Shown in pieces: positions 1-7,921 of a stretch of 20,000 nucleotides of DNA. Position numbers and translations under genes: made by a program. Within the stretch, counting starts at the first letter, position 1, and each line of letters starts with the position of its first letter. Source of the DNA: an uncultured virus (IMG/VR IMGVR_UViG_2061766007_004155) (Duplodnaviria > Heunggongvirae > Uroviricota > Caudoviricetes); IMG/VR virus record IMGVR_UViG_2061766007_004155. One strand, written 5' to 3'. The notes under the pieces were generated by a model. It had not been told where the DNA came from and did not search any database. It saw only the letters and a list, made by a program, of their open reading frames with translations.

Positions 1-992
1 CTTTAATACATGGCTTGGCTCTCCATCAGAAGCGTTACAGGCAGAACCCGCAGAAGCACATACGCCTTTAGCATCCAACATCATTAACAGTGATTCTGCT
101 GAAACGCCATCAAAACGAACATTCAAAATTTTAGAAGCGTAAACAGGGGAGTTGTAGTGAATAATATCTTTTAGATTCTTTTCATATAAGGAATGCTCTA
201 AACTGCCCATGAANNNNNNNNNNNNNNNNNNNNTTGATCGTTTTCTCTTGCATTTTCTTTCGCAAGTTCACAAGCTTTCCCGAATCCAACTATTCCTGCT
301 ACGTTTTCAGTTCCACCACGAAGACCATATTCCTGAGACTCCCCGCCGTGAATAAGCGGGAAAAACTTATCAGGCTCTTTTACAAACAATGCTCCAACAC
401 CCTTCGGGCCGTGGATTTTGTGGGAAGAAAGAGTAAGGAAGTCACATTTGAATTTCTTTACATCTAATTCTGCAAAGCCAGCTGCCTGTACGCAATCGGT
501 ATGGAATGGTACATGATTAGCTTTGCAAAGACTACCTATCATTTCTATCGGGTTCTCAATACCTAACTCATTGTTTGTGTGGATAACGGAAAGCAAAGAA
601 ATATTATGAGCATTTACAGATATTTGCTCTATGAGGCTGTCAAGATCAACGATTCCTTGAGATGTTACAGGAAGGACAATTAAACCTAAAAACTTTACTA
701 TTGAATCATGTTCTGTAGCGGTTGTGACTATACTTTTTTGCCCGAAAAGTTTAGCATTATGGATCACCATGTTGTTTGCTTCTGTCCCGCTTGAAGTAAA
801 TATAATCTGTTCAGGGGAAGCGTTGATGAACTTTGCTACCTGTTTTCTTGCGTTATAAACTGCGTCATAAGCGGTTCTCCCCATAGAATGAAGAGAACCC
901 GCATTACCATATGATGACGTTAAGAACGGCATCATTGCATCCAAAACAGCCGAATCTATTGCGGTTGTAGCCGCATTGTCTAAATATATCAT
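1..992 (-). CDS. iscS: Cysteine desulfurase, IscS/NifS group I (3' end beyond window; spans N gap 214-233)
   Basis: Starts MIYLDNAATT at 992 (ATGA overlap with the upstream stop). Motifs: FTSSGTEANN, EH, HTDCVQ, SSHKIHGPKGVG (PLP Lys), RGGTENV. After the gap the gene continues ...LDAKGVCASAGSACNAS...PSHVLK, with the catalytic Cys at 37-39. Confidence 0.95.
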
Positions 993-1228
993 ACGATAAT
1001 CTTTCCTACCTTCTGCCTTGAGTAGTAGAATGTACTCCCCAAATATCCACAATGCGGGCATCTAAGGTATGTGTTTCCACGTTTGCTTTCAGATGCGGTA
1101 TTCCCGTTGGCATAGAACGGTTTTGAACAGCGTAGGCAGTTTACTGACGCACCGTCATGGATTTCGTGCTGTCTTACTACACCTTCAGTAGAAATGCGCT
1201 CAACAATAGGGAACGTAGCTTTATTCAT
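989..1228 (-). CDS. Small zinc-ribbon protein
   Basis: CLRC...CPHCG; stop overlaps the iscS start. Confidence 0.7.
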   Translation of the reverse strand: MNKATFPIVERISTEGVVRQHEIHDGASVNCLRCSKPFYANGNTASESKRGNTYLRCPHCGYLGSTFYYSRQKVGKIIV

Positions 1229-1841
1229 TTTCATCTTCCTTTTCCATTTTGATATTATAGTGTCGCCCTGTCTTGTAGCATATCTCGTTTGGGAAATATG
1301 CGTATGTCCTGCCTTCTGAATCTATACCGGCGATATCGTTATCAATACATGTAATAACGAAGCGAACCATACCATTATCCGCAATGACCTCATCACCGAC
1401 AGAGTATGTGTTATCAAAACAGCTTGACTTCTTCTCAAAATCTGTTAACAACGAACAGACTTTTTCGTAAGGCATACTAAATATTTCAGAGAAAGAATTC
1501 GTGCCGAATATACTCCAAAGCGCTTCTCCGTCATGTGAGCAAACCTTTTCGGCGGTTTTCCAAACTACAATATTTCCTAAACGCTTGCCGTCCTCAAACC
1601 CTTCAGAATATGATTTGTTCACTGATTCGACAAACGCTTCTTTCTTTACACAGTTCTTTTCTGCTTCGGCATACCCGCGTTGATATTCAGAAGCTTTTTC
1701 TTTTTCACAGCACCGATACCCTTCGTTGTAGGCATTGCGAAAGTCCTGCTCTATTCCGTCAAGCGCTTTGCTGATAATATTATTGAATCTGCTTTTGCAA
1801 CGCTCCATTACTTTCTGTATTACACTTTCTTTGCTTTCCAT
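1221..1841 (-). CDS. Hypothetical phage protein with repeated YxxGY/F helical motifs
   Basis: GGAGA RBS before MESKE; AYNEGY, EYQRGY, SYSEGFEDG repeats. Confidence 0.75.
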   Translation of the reverse strand: MESKESVIQKVMERCKSRFNNIISKALDGIEQDFRNAYNEGYRCCEKEKASEYQRGYAEAEKNCVKKEAFVESVNKSYSEGFEDGKRLGNIVVWKTAEKVCSHDGEALWSIFGTNSFSEIFSMPYEKVCSLLTDFEKKSSCFDNTYSVGDEVIADNGMVRFVITCIDNDIAGIDSEGRTYAYFPNEICYKTGRHYNIKMEKEDENE

Positions 1842-1843
1842 GT

Positions 1844-2140
1844 TTATTCTCCCCATATTGTTTCCTGCCCGTTTATAGGCTTAATTGTTTTTTGCTTCCG
1901 TTTAATAGGTTCAGTGGTAAAACTTTTACATGTTTTACCACCAAGTCCGCCATCCCACTCCATTAGGTCATCGAATGGGAAACTTTCTTCGCCAAGGAAT
2001 CGTGCCATTTCTATTGCGTTTAATATTTTACAGTGCCAACACCTGAATCTTTTGCACTTAAAGCATTGACATTCAAGGAAAAATTCATACTCAGTTCCGT
2101 TGGAGAACATGCTTTTGCAAGGGACTTTGTTTGGACTCAT
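1844..2140 (-). CDS. Cys-rich hypothetical protein (FSNGTE motif)
   Basis: ATGA overlap with the esterase stop; CxxCxx(n)C pattern. Confidence 0.7.
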   Translation of the reverse strand: MSPNKVPCKSMFSNGTEYEFFLECQCFKCKRFRCWHCKILNAIEMARFLGEESFPFDDLMEWDGGLGGKTCKSFTTEPIKRKQKTIKPINGQETIWGE

Positions 2141-3003
2141 GATTCTTTGTCGAAGAACTTCAACAAGCAATTGATAATTGCGGTATCGTAAGTTCTTGCA
2201 TCGTGACCACAGTTCGGTATGATAACCAAATCGCTATTGGCAGACAAATCTGGAACACCATTCAGGAACGTATTATACATCTCATGGGTCTGCGCATAGG
2301 CATTGTCTTTATCCCCGCACCCTGCATAGAAAAACGAAATCGAATAACGACCAATTTCAGAAATAACGTCTTTGATAGATGATGACAGGTCAGCGTGGAA
2401 AATAGATGAAGCGCCAAACCAAGAGAACAGGTCAATACATTCAGGGATAATGTACTTCGGAATCATTGTTGATGTGTAGCTGAAGCCGAATGTGCCGAAG
2501 TGTTCACGTGCGTTTGATATGGAAATACTGTCCGTTCCTTTAGCGTATGTGCTGTAGTTTGATATCATATACGGAAGCAAATCATAACGCAGTTCATTAA
2601 TAAGCTGATTCCCGTCCAACTCCATAACAGGATGACCCTCAACAGTAGCACCGTAATAGGGGAGAGTAACAATGATTGACGGCTCGATAACCTTTGCGTC
2701 GATAAGATTATCCAAAACATTCTGAAACTGAACACTATACAGAACAGGGGAGTATCTGTGCGCTCTGCTAAGATAACAGGAATACGGCATATCCATGCCA
2801 GGTAGCAGAACCATTACATTGTATTCTTTGAGAGTGTCGTACCCATAGGGAACGTAAATGCAAATAGGTTTCTTAAATGCTGTTGCGGATTTGCCGCTGT
2901 ACCAATGTGTATGGTACTGAATCTTAATTACTTCGCCTCTGCGCTTTGACTGCTTCCACAGAGTAGGATCATCTAACGATAAGCAGGGGTAATGAAAATC
3001 CAT
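2137..3003 (-). CDS. Alpha/beta-hydrolase, putative esterase (Fes/XynZ CE1-like)
   Basis: IYVPYGYD..EYNVMVLLPG N-terminal motif; ELRYDLLPY; GFSYT nucleophile elbow; CGDKD; GHD His. Confidence 0.8.
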   Translation of the reverse strand: MDFHYPCLSLDDPTLWKQSKRRGEVIKIQYHTHWYSGKSATAFKKPICIYVPYGYDTLKEYNVMVLLPGMDMPYSCYLSRAHRYSPVLYSVQFQNVLDNLIDAKVIEPSIIVTLPYYGATVEGHPVMELDGNQLINELRYDLLPYMISNYSTYAKGTDSISISNAREHFGTFGFSYTSTMIPKYIIPECIDLFSWFGASSIFHADLSSSIKDVISEIGRYSISFFYAGCGDKDNAYAQTHEMYNTFLNGVPDLSANSDLVIIPNCGHDARTYDTAIINCLLKFFDKES

Positions 3004-3314
3004 TATTTCTCTCCTTTGTATTTTCTTTCGCCGTCAGCACAGAACCATTCTCCATCATGGATATAACTTGCTTGCTTCGGGCAGAAACTTATATTCTTCT
3101 TTAAGTGTCTACAATCTTTACATCTTACTACTTCCACAACGTCGGCAGGATGCAACGCTTCTTTGTGCGCAATCCATCCAATATAGAATCTGCAAGTACC
3201 GCTGAAGTCTGCAACGCTGATTAATTCTTCTGGTTCAAAATTATTGTTTGTTACTTTTCTCTTGCAGTCCTTTGATGGACAGTCTGCCGAAGCACAATAA
3301 GTAATGTCAGCCAT
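3003..3314 (-). CDS. Cys-rich phage protein (ADVVEVVRCKDC...FCADGER C-terminal module)
   Basis: Recognisable phage module; coupled start and stop. Confidence 0.75.
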   Translation of the reverse strand: MADITYCASADCPSKDCKRKVTNNNFEPEELISVADFSGTCRFYIGWIAHKEALHPADVVEVVRCKDCRHLKKNISFCPKQASYIHDGEWFCADGERKYKGEK

Positions 3315-3531
3315 CTTCGATATCCTCAACCCATGTGCAAAACCTCATCCGCACACGCCCACATTTTGTGCAAGTTGCATTCGGCTTATTGCCTTGATAT
3401 TCAGGTATCTTTACCCTCATGTCGGGAGAAACGAACCTTCCGCACTTAGGGCATATTCGATAATAGCTATGGCAATACTCTCCATGACCGTAAACTACAA
3501 CAGGGACATTTTCTGAATATTCATCTGCCAT
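3307..3531 (-). CDS. Zinc-ribbon hypothetical protein
   Basis: CPKCG...CTKCG. Confidence 0.7.
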   Translation of the reverse strand: MADEYSENVPVVVYGHGEYCHSYYRICPKCGRFVSPDMRVKIPEYQGNKPNATCTKCGRVRMRFCTWVEDIEDG

Positions 3532-3534
3532 ATA

Positions 3535-3717
3535 TTAAGCCTCCGACTTCAACCATTCTAACCAAGCAAGATAGCATTTGCTTCTGTTTCCCTGACATTG
3601 CTCTGCGTTAATAGGGCATTGCCTGTCAATAGGGCAATCTGAGCAATAAGCTATATGGCTAATCCACTTTGCCAACTTCTTATCCTGCTTTGCTCTGATT
3701 TTATCCCCATTTTTCAT
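3535..3717 (-). CDS. Small Cys-rich phage protein (MxNGDKIR...WLEWLKSE type)
   Basis: AGGAG RBS; CxxC..C..C..C. Confidence 0.7.
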   Translation of the reverse strand: MKNGDKIRAKQDKKLAKWISHIAYCSDCPIDRQCPINAEQCQGNRSKCYLAWLEWLKSEA

Positions 3718-4376
3718 ATGTTTCTCCTAACTGATGTAGTAAATGCCTTTTCAACTGACCATCCACGCAAATAAAGCCTGTCATATAGCGTGTGATAGTT
3801 GATGCCAAGGCGGTCAGCCCAATAGGATAACTGCATAGTTTCGCCGTTGTATGTCAGCCATAGCGTTCGTGCTTGGTTATTGTTCTGCTCTCTGACGCTT
3901 ACCCAACGGCAGTTATTGGGGGAATAACCCTTACTCACATCAATGCGGTCTATTGTCAAATCGTCTGCGTACCCATGAGATAACGCCCATTCTTTGAACG
4001 GTTCAAAGTGTTTCCAATCCTCACAGACGGCAATCCCTTTCGCGCCGTATCTTTCCCACGATGTATCATTAGGGTTTGTACATCTTTGAATGATTCCAGC
4101 CCATTCCCGATAGAGCCTTGTGCCAACACCACCGTGAATGGTATTTCTTTCTGCACTCCGTTTTGCGGAACAGCATGAACAACGCTTTGTGTTGCCACTT
4201 GTAACGGAATTCTTACGAAGCACAACCTCGTTTCCGCAATCACATCTAAACAACCAATAGTGTTGACCACCCTTAACTCGGTTATCACGATGGTCAAATC
4301 TGATAGCCGTTAGTTCTCCAAACTTTTGCTGTGTAATATCCCTTGTCTTATTTGGTTGGAAACAAGTCCTACCCAT
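3714..4376 (-). CDS. HNH-type (beta-beta-alpha-Me) homing endonuclease
   Basis: KFGELT..WLFRCDCGN..CSC; RC..YGAKGIAVCEDW; LTIDRIDVSKGYSPNNCRW..EQNNN; C-terminal HTH-like segment. Start MGRT at 4376 after GGAGG. Confidence 0.9.
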   Translation of the reverse strand: MGRTCFQPNKTRDITQQKFGELTAIRFDHRDNRVKGGQHYWLFRCDCGNEVVLRKNSVTSGNTKRCSCCSAKRSAERNTIHGGVGTRLYREWAGIIQRCTNPNDTSWERYGAKGIAVCEDWKHFEPFKEWALSHGYADDLTIDRIDVSKGYSPNNCRWVSVREQNNNQARTLWLTYNGETMQLSYWADRLGINYHTLYDRLYLRGWSVEKAFTTSVRRNI

Positions 4377-4671
4377 CTTTACCCTCCACTTCCGCCGGAT
4401 ACAGCGCATCCAACTTTTCCATATCTGTCTCGACAAACAAAACATCCATCTGTGTTGCGTCTTGATTATAAACAGCCAATCCGTGATTTAATCCCCTTGC
4501 TGTGCTACCTGTAATCTCCCTGTAGTCAGAACGTTGAATCTTGTCAATCACTTCGTCTCTGTCCCAATCCGCCCCAACCAATGCAAGCGGAGAACTGACG
4601 AATGTGTGGACTTGTTCTCCTTCTGGAAGCAGTTCAGTTGCTTGCTGTGTTGTAAGAAATATTCTGCTCAT
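4369..4671 (-). CDS. Hypothetical protein
   Basis: ORF with coupled junctions on both sides. Confidence 0.7.
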   Translation of the reverse strand: MSRIFLTTQQATELLPEGEQVHTFVSSPLALVGADWDRDEVIDKIQRSDYREITGSTARGLNHGLAVYNQDATQMDVLFVETDMEKLDALYPAEVEGKDG

Positions 4672-4850
4672 CACTCACCCTCCTCCGCCTTCTCTGCCAA
4701 TGGGCAACGCAAATAGCAGTAATCTTCATCACAGGCATCGCACTCATAGCCAAGCACATCACAAGCGCAAAGCAAATCGTCAACGCTCATGTCAATGACA
4801 TGGAAGTGTTCGCAATTCTTATCCCAACAGTCCTTTGGAAATCTGCTCAT
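4671..4850 (-). CDS. 59-aa Cys/acidic-rich protein (not in ORF track)
   Basis: Manual translation MSRFPKDCWDKNCEHFHVIDMSVDDLLCACDVLGYECDACDEDYCYLRCPLAEKAEEGE; GGAGGAGG RBS; fills the gap exactly. Confidence 0.75.
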   Translation of the reverse strand: MSRFPKDCWDKNCEHFHVIDMSVDDLLCACDVLGYECDACDEDYCYLRCPLAEKAEEGE

Positions 4851-5107
4851 GTCTCGCCCTCCTCCGCTTCGACGATTTTAGTCCATTCAATCATCTCATT
4901 CCATTTATTAACCGCATCGAATTCCGTTTTCCCTACAGGAGATTTCCTGTGGCAGTTGTTGCATTCATAAAACAAACCTTCTGCTGCCCACCATTTTGCC
5001 CTCCTGTTGCAACCACATACGCATGGTAACTTCTTTGGCATTTTCTTTATTGGAATTAATTTGTAGCCAAGTTTTGCTGCTTCTGCTTTTAATTCAAAAA
5101 TGTCCAT
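4847..5107 (-). CDS. Lar-like (restriction alleviation family) zinc-finger protein
   Basis: LPCVCGC...YECNNC...DAVNKWN pattern. Confidence 0.55.
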   Translation of the reverse strand: MDIFELKAEAAKLGYKLIPIKKMPKKLPCVCGCNRRAKWWAAEGLFYECNNCHRKSPVGKTEFDAVNKWNEMIEWTKIVEAEEGET

Positions 5108-5321
5108 CGCTCATGTCTTCTCCGCTTAATGGTTTTTCATTCCATACGAAAGCACCGCACAGTTTGCAATCAGCAACAGGCTCTTCTGTCATTGTCTCCC
5201 ACATTCCGCAACAGAACACACGCTTGTCTCCAAGTCCGTATTCGTTGGTCGTGGTATGTGCCTTCTTACACATTGGCGATAGTGGTTTGCCACGCAATTG
5301 CGCCCTCGATACCCGTTTCAT
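5094..5321 (-). CDS. Cys-rich hypothetical protein
   Basis: Coupled ORF with RBS; C..CCG..CKLC. Confidence 0.7.
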   Translation of the reverse strand: MKRVSRAQLRGKPLSPMCKKAHTTTNEYGLGDKRVFCCGMWETMTEEPVADCKLCGAFVWNEKPLSGEDMSDGHF

Positions 5322-5509
5322 GTTCCATCCTCCTCATAAAGAATCTTCTTCAGCCTTTTTTTGCACTCATCACATATTTTTGGGACTTGGTTATAGCTAC
5401 CGTAGTACCCAAATCCAAGCGGAATAAAATCATCACAAATTATGCAACTTGTACCAACTTGGCACGGATGTGGTTCAACCTTAATAGTTTCAAAGTCGTC
5501 TATACTCAT
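5318..5509 (-). CDS. Zinc-finger hypothetical protein
   Basis: CIIC...ICDEC. Confidence 0.7.
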   Translation of the reverse strand: MSIDDFETIKVEPHPCQVGTSCIICDDFIPLGFGYYGSYNQVPKICDECKKRLKKILYEEDGT

Positions 5510-5847
5510 GTTCCATTAATCCATTTAATAATTGTTTTGTAAGCATACATTTCCGGGAATTTAATAATCATATGCAAGTTATAACAAGAGATAAGCGTAA
5601 AGCCAATGCCAAAACTAAAACCTATAACAGCAACAGCTGCGAATATTATATCTGATATGCCATATGCATCTTTTCGATAGCATCTGATGGCCAATAATGT
5701 AGACATTGTGCCAATACCAATTAAAATAAATCCAGCCACTAAGCCGATCCCATTATTGTGGGTGCAGTATTCAATAACAGCCGGAATAATGTTTTCTACC
5801 GTTGTGCCAAGCTTTTGGCATATCATCTCGATTGTTGTTTCGTTCAT
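5506..5847 (-). CDS. Predicted membrane protein (2 TM helices)
   Basis: Hydrophobic stretches GIGLVAGFILIGIG and IIFAAVAVIGFSFGIGFTLI; AAGGAGG RBS. Confidence 0.75.
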   Translation of the reverse strand: MNETTIEMICQKLGTTVENIIPAVIEYCTHNNGIGLVAGFILIGIGTMSTLLAIRCYRKDAYGISDIIFAAVAVIGFSFGIGFTLISCYNLHMIIKFPEMYAYKTIIKWINGT

Positions 5848-5960
5848 GTTTCGTCCTCCTTTATTGCCCCAAGCGGGGCATCGCTACATATAATCTGGTG
5901 TGCAGTCACTTCCACCGTAACCGTTTCTGATGGGGCATCACCCTCTTCCTATTTTGATTT

Positions 5961-6131
5961 TCAAAATATCGGACTCTCCCTATTCGCGTAAGGGCAAGTG
6001 TTATTCCAATCTACATCTTTCCCAAAGTATTCAGATTTTACACATTTGCAAATTCCATGCGTACAACTGCAAAAGCCGAAACTGTCACAATATAAACAAT
6101 ACAACACAAAGTTTTCATCTTCTATACTCAT
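5961..6131 (-). CDS. 56-aa Cys-rich protein (not in ORF track)
   Basis: MSIEDENFVLYCLYCDSFGFCSCTHGICKCVKSEYFGKDVDWNNTCPYANRESPIF. Confidence 0.6.
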   Translation of the reverse strand: MSIEDENFVLYCLYCDSFGFCSCTHGICKCVKSEYFGKDVDWNNTCPYANRESPIF

Positions 6132-6138
6132 TTCATGT

Positions 6139-6318
6139 TCAATCCTCCTCCGCTCCGGTTGTTATCTCCCAAATATAAAATGGTTTTTCACATAACAATT
6201 CTTTTCTTACCTTTAACAGTTTCTTTTTATGCAATTCAGAAACAATTCTATATGCCACTTCAATTTCAACAGGAAGTTCTTTGCATGTTGGAGTGACAGC
6301 ACCTTTTAAAATCGTCAT
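6139..6318 (-). CDS. Hypothetical protein
   Basis: GAGGGGG RBS before MTILK. Confidence 0.6.
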   Translation of the reverse strand: MTILKGAVTPTCKELPVEIEVAYRIVSELHKKKLLKVRKELLCEKPFYIWEITTGAEED

Positions 6319-6332
6319 GTTTCCCCCTCGAT

Positions 6333-6719
6333 TTAATTCAGTTCCCATCCGTAATGTTCTGCCACAGAAGTGAACTGATTAATTGAGTAATATCCTGTGT
6401 CATCGTCATCAAGTTCAAGACCGTTCTCAAGGACTTTACACCATGCCCTTACAACCATGCACATCAACCCTGAAGAAATACCGCGTTCATTAATTGCTTT
6501 TTGATAGCCAAACTCAACATCTCTCTTCAATTGCGCAAGAATGTTTTCTTCCGTCCATTCTTTAGGAACATAAGAGCCTTCACCGCCATATCCGAATCCG
6601 AACTGTTCCCATTCTTCCACAGGAAGGAATTCAATAAACCTCTTTGTAAAACGTCTATCAAAAATATAGTCTTCCTCAAACTTACCGATGTGGTTCTTTA
6701 CATAATCTAATGTTTTCAT
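6333..6719 (-). CDS. Phage hypothetical protein
   Basis: 128-aa ORF; EWTEENILAQLKRDVEFG..RGISS motif. Confidence 0.8.
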   Translation of the reverse strand: MKTLDYVKNHIGKFEEDYIFDRRFTKRFIEFLPVEEWEQFGFGYGGEGSYVPKEWTEENILAQLKRDVEFGYQKAINERGISSGLMCMVVRAWCKVLENGLELDDDDTGYYSINQFTSVAEHYGWELN

Positions 6720-6766
6720 TCACTCACCATCCTCATCCCCTGTAATCATAATTGCGAGGTATATAT

Positions 6767-6955
6767 TCATACATATTTCTCCCACGTATTTTTCTTTTTT
6801 GGATCATCTGTCCACAAATCGCAAGCTTCATCATGTGGAGGGGTTACATTAACAGGAACGCCGACATAATAAAATCCATATTCCTCACATACCCACCCAA
6901 GATTTTTAGTCTTTTCGCAGTTAACGCAGTTCCCACAACTCCGTTCTTCTTCCAT
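6767..6955 (-). CDS. Small Cys-rich protein
   Basis: CGNCVNC...C...ACDLW. Confidence 0.7.
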   Translation of the reverse strand: MEEERSCGNCVNCEKTKNLGWVCEEYGFYYVGVPVNVTPPHDEACDLWTDDPKKKNTWEKYV

Positions 6956-7065
6956 TACTCACCATCCTCATCGTCATCGGAAGAATATGATTCTTCGCAT
7001 TCACTCTCATAGAAATCGTGGTTGGCATACCACTCTCCAAGGTCTTCACCATAAGTAAATTCCAT
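6955..7065 (-). CDS. 36-aa highly acidic peptide (not in ORF track)
   Basis: MEFTYGEDLGEWYANHDFYESECEESYSSDDDEDGE; overlaps both neighbours by 1 nt. Confidence 0.6.
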   Translation of the reverse strand: MEFTYGEDLGEWYANHDFYESECEESYSSDDDEDGE

Positions 7066-7280
7066 CACCAACCATCCTTCCACCTGCACCCATCGCAAGC
7101 ACCCTCGTGCTTTTTCTCGTACTCACCGCATCTCCAACACAGTTCGTTCTTGCAGTCTTTCAAATCAATCAGAGCAGTATCTACTTTCTGTAGAATGATT
7201 TGCAGTTCGGAATCATCTGCTATAACTTTCATCATTGACCGGACATTCTTAATCAATTCACACAGTTCGTCGTACTTCAT
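7065..7280 (-). CDS. Cys-rich phage protein (NELCxxCG...GACDGCRW)
   Basis: Coupled ORF; Cys motif. Confidence 0.75.
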   Translation of the reverse strand: MKYDELCELIKNVRSMMKVIADDSELQIILQKVDTALIDLKDCKNELCWRCGEYEKKHEGACDGCRWKDGW

Positions 7281-7921
7281 CACTCACCATCCTTCCGCAT
7301 GTCAGCACCGTGGGATTGCCTCCAACCTTTTGTTCTCAATCTTACAGGGCGATTAATGGCATCTTCTACAGACCACCCTGTGTTAAGCCGTTCTTTAAGT
7401 GTTGTTTTGCTGATGCCAATTTTTTCGGCAAGTTGGGTAAGCGTGTATTTATTCCCTTGGTACTCAATTATCCTGTTATTTCTCCTATTGTTCTGTTGTT
7501 CTTTCATGGTAACCCATCTGCAATTATTAGGGGAATAGCCTTTTTCGTTGTTTATCCTGTCAATGGAAAGACCGTCATTATATCCATGCTGAAATGCCCA
7601 TTTTGCAAATGGCAAATATGAATCCCATTCTTTGCAAATAGTTATTCCTCTCCCACCATATTCATTAAAATGTGGATGCTTATCGTATTCACATCTTGCA
7701 TGAATTGATTCCCATATTTTTCGGAGGCGATGATTGTTGTATAGTTCGCTTTCTGATATTCCTTTGATTACTTCATATCCTTTGCATTTTGTTTTACTGC
7801 GGTAACAACTTGCAATTGTGCATTGCACAACTCCAAGATATTCGCAAGCGTTTTTTTCTGATTGGAATACAAGATATTCGTCCCCTTTTTTTAGGATATA
7901 TGGTGATGTTTTATGTTCCAT
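7280..7921 (-). CDS. HNH-type homing endonuclease with NUMOD1-like N-terminal HTH
   Basis: Start MEHK after GGAGGAG; FQSEKNACEYLGV; RC..YGGRGITICKEW; LSIDRINNEKGYSPNNCRW..EQQNNRR. Confidence 0.9.
   Translation of the reverse strand: MEHKTSPYILKKGDEYLVFQSEKNACEYLGVVQCTIASCYRSKTKCKGYEVIKGISESELYNNHRLRKIWESIHARCEYDKHPHFNEYGGRGITICKEWDSYLPFAKWAFQHGYNDGLSIDRINNEKGYSPNNCRWVTMKEQQNNRRNNRIIEYQGNKYTLTQLAEKIGISKTTLKERLNTGWSVEDAINRPVRLRTKGWRQSHGADMRKDGE

Noticed and set aside
198..233. Apparent truncation/frameshift of iscS at 198
   Set aside because: Artefact of the N gap of uncertain length; the frame resumes with the intact SAGSAC motif.
3714..4376. Tail capture by the third HNH
   Set aside because: It ends at its natural TTSVR-type terminus; no displaced tail of the upstream gene is recognisable.
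5850..5960. Stop-codon reassignment suggested by in-frame TAG/TGA in a relic frame
   Set aside because: TAG, TGA and TAA all terminate well-defined genes elsewhere, and long genes are uninterrupted in code 11.
6720..7293. CRISPR-like array from the repeated 16-mer
   Set aside because: Spacing is irregular (hundreds of nt), and the repeats coincide with gene ends and RBSs.
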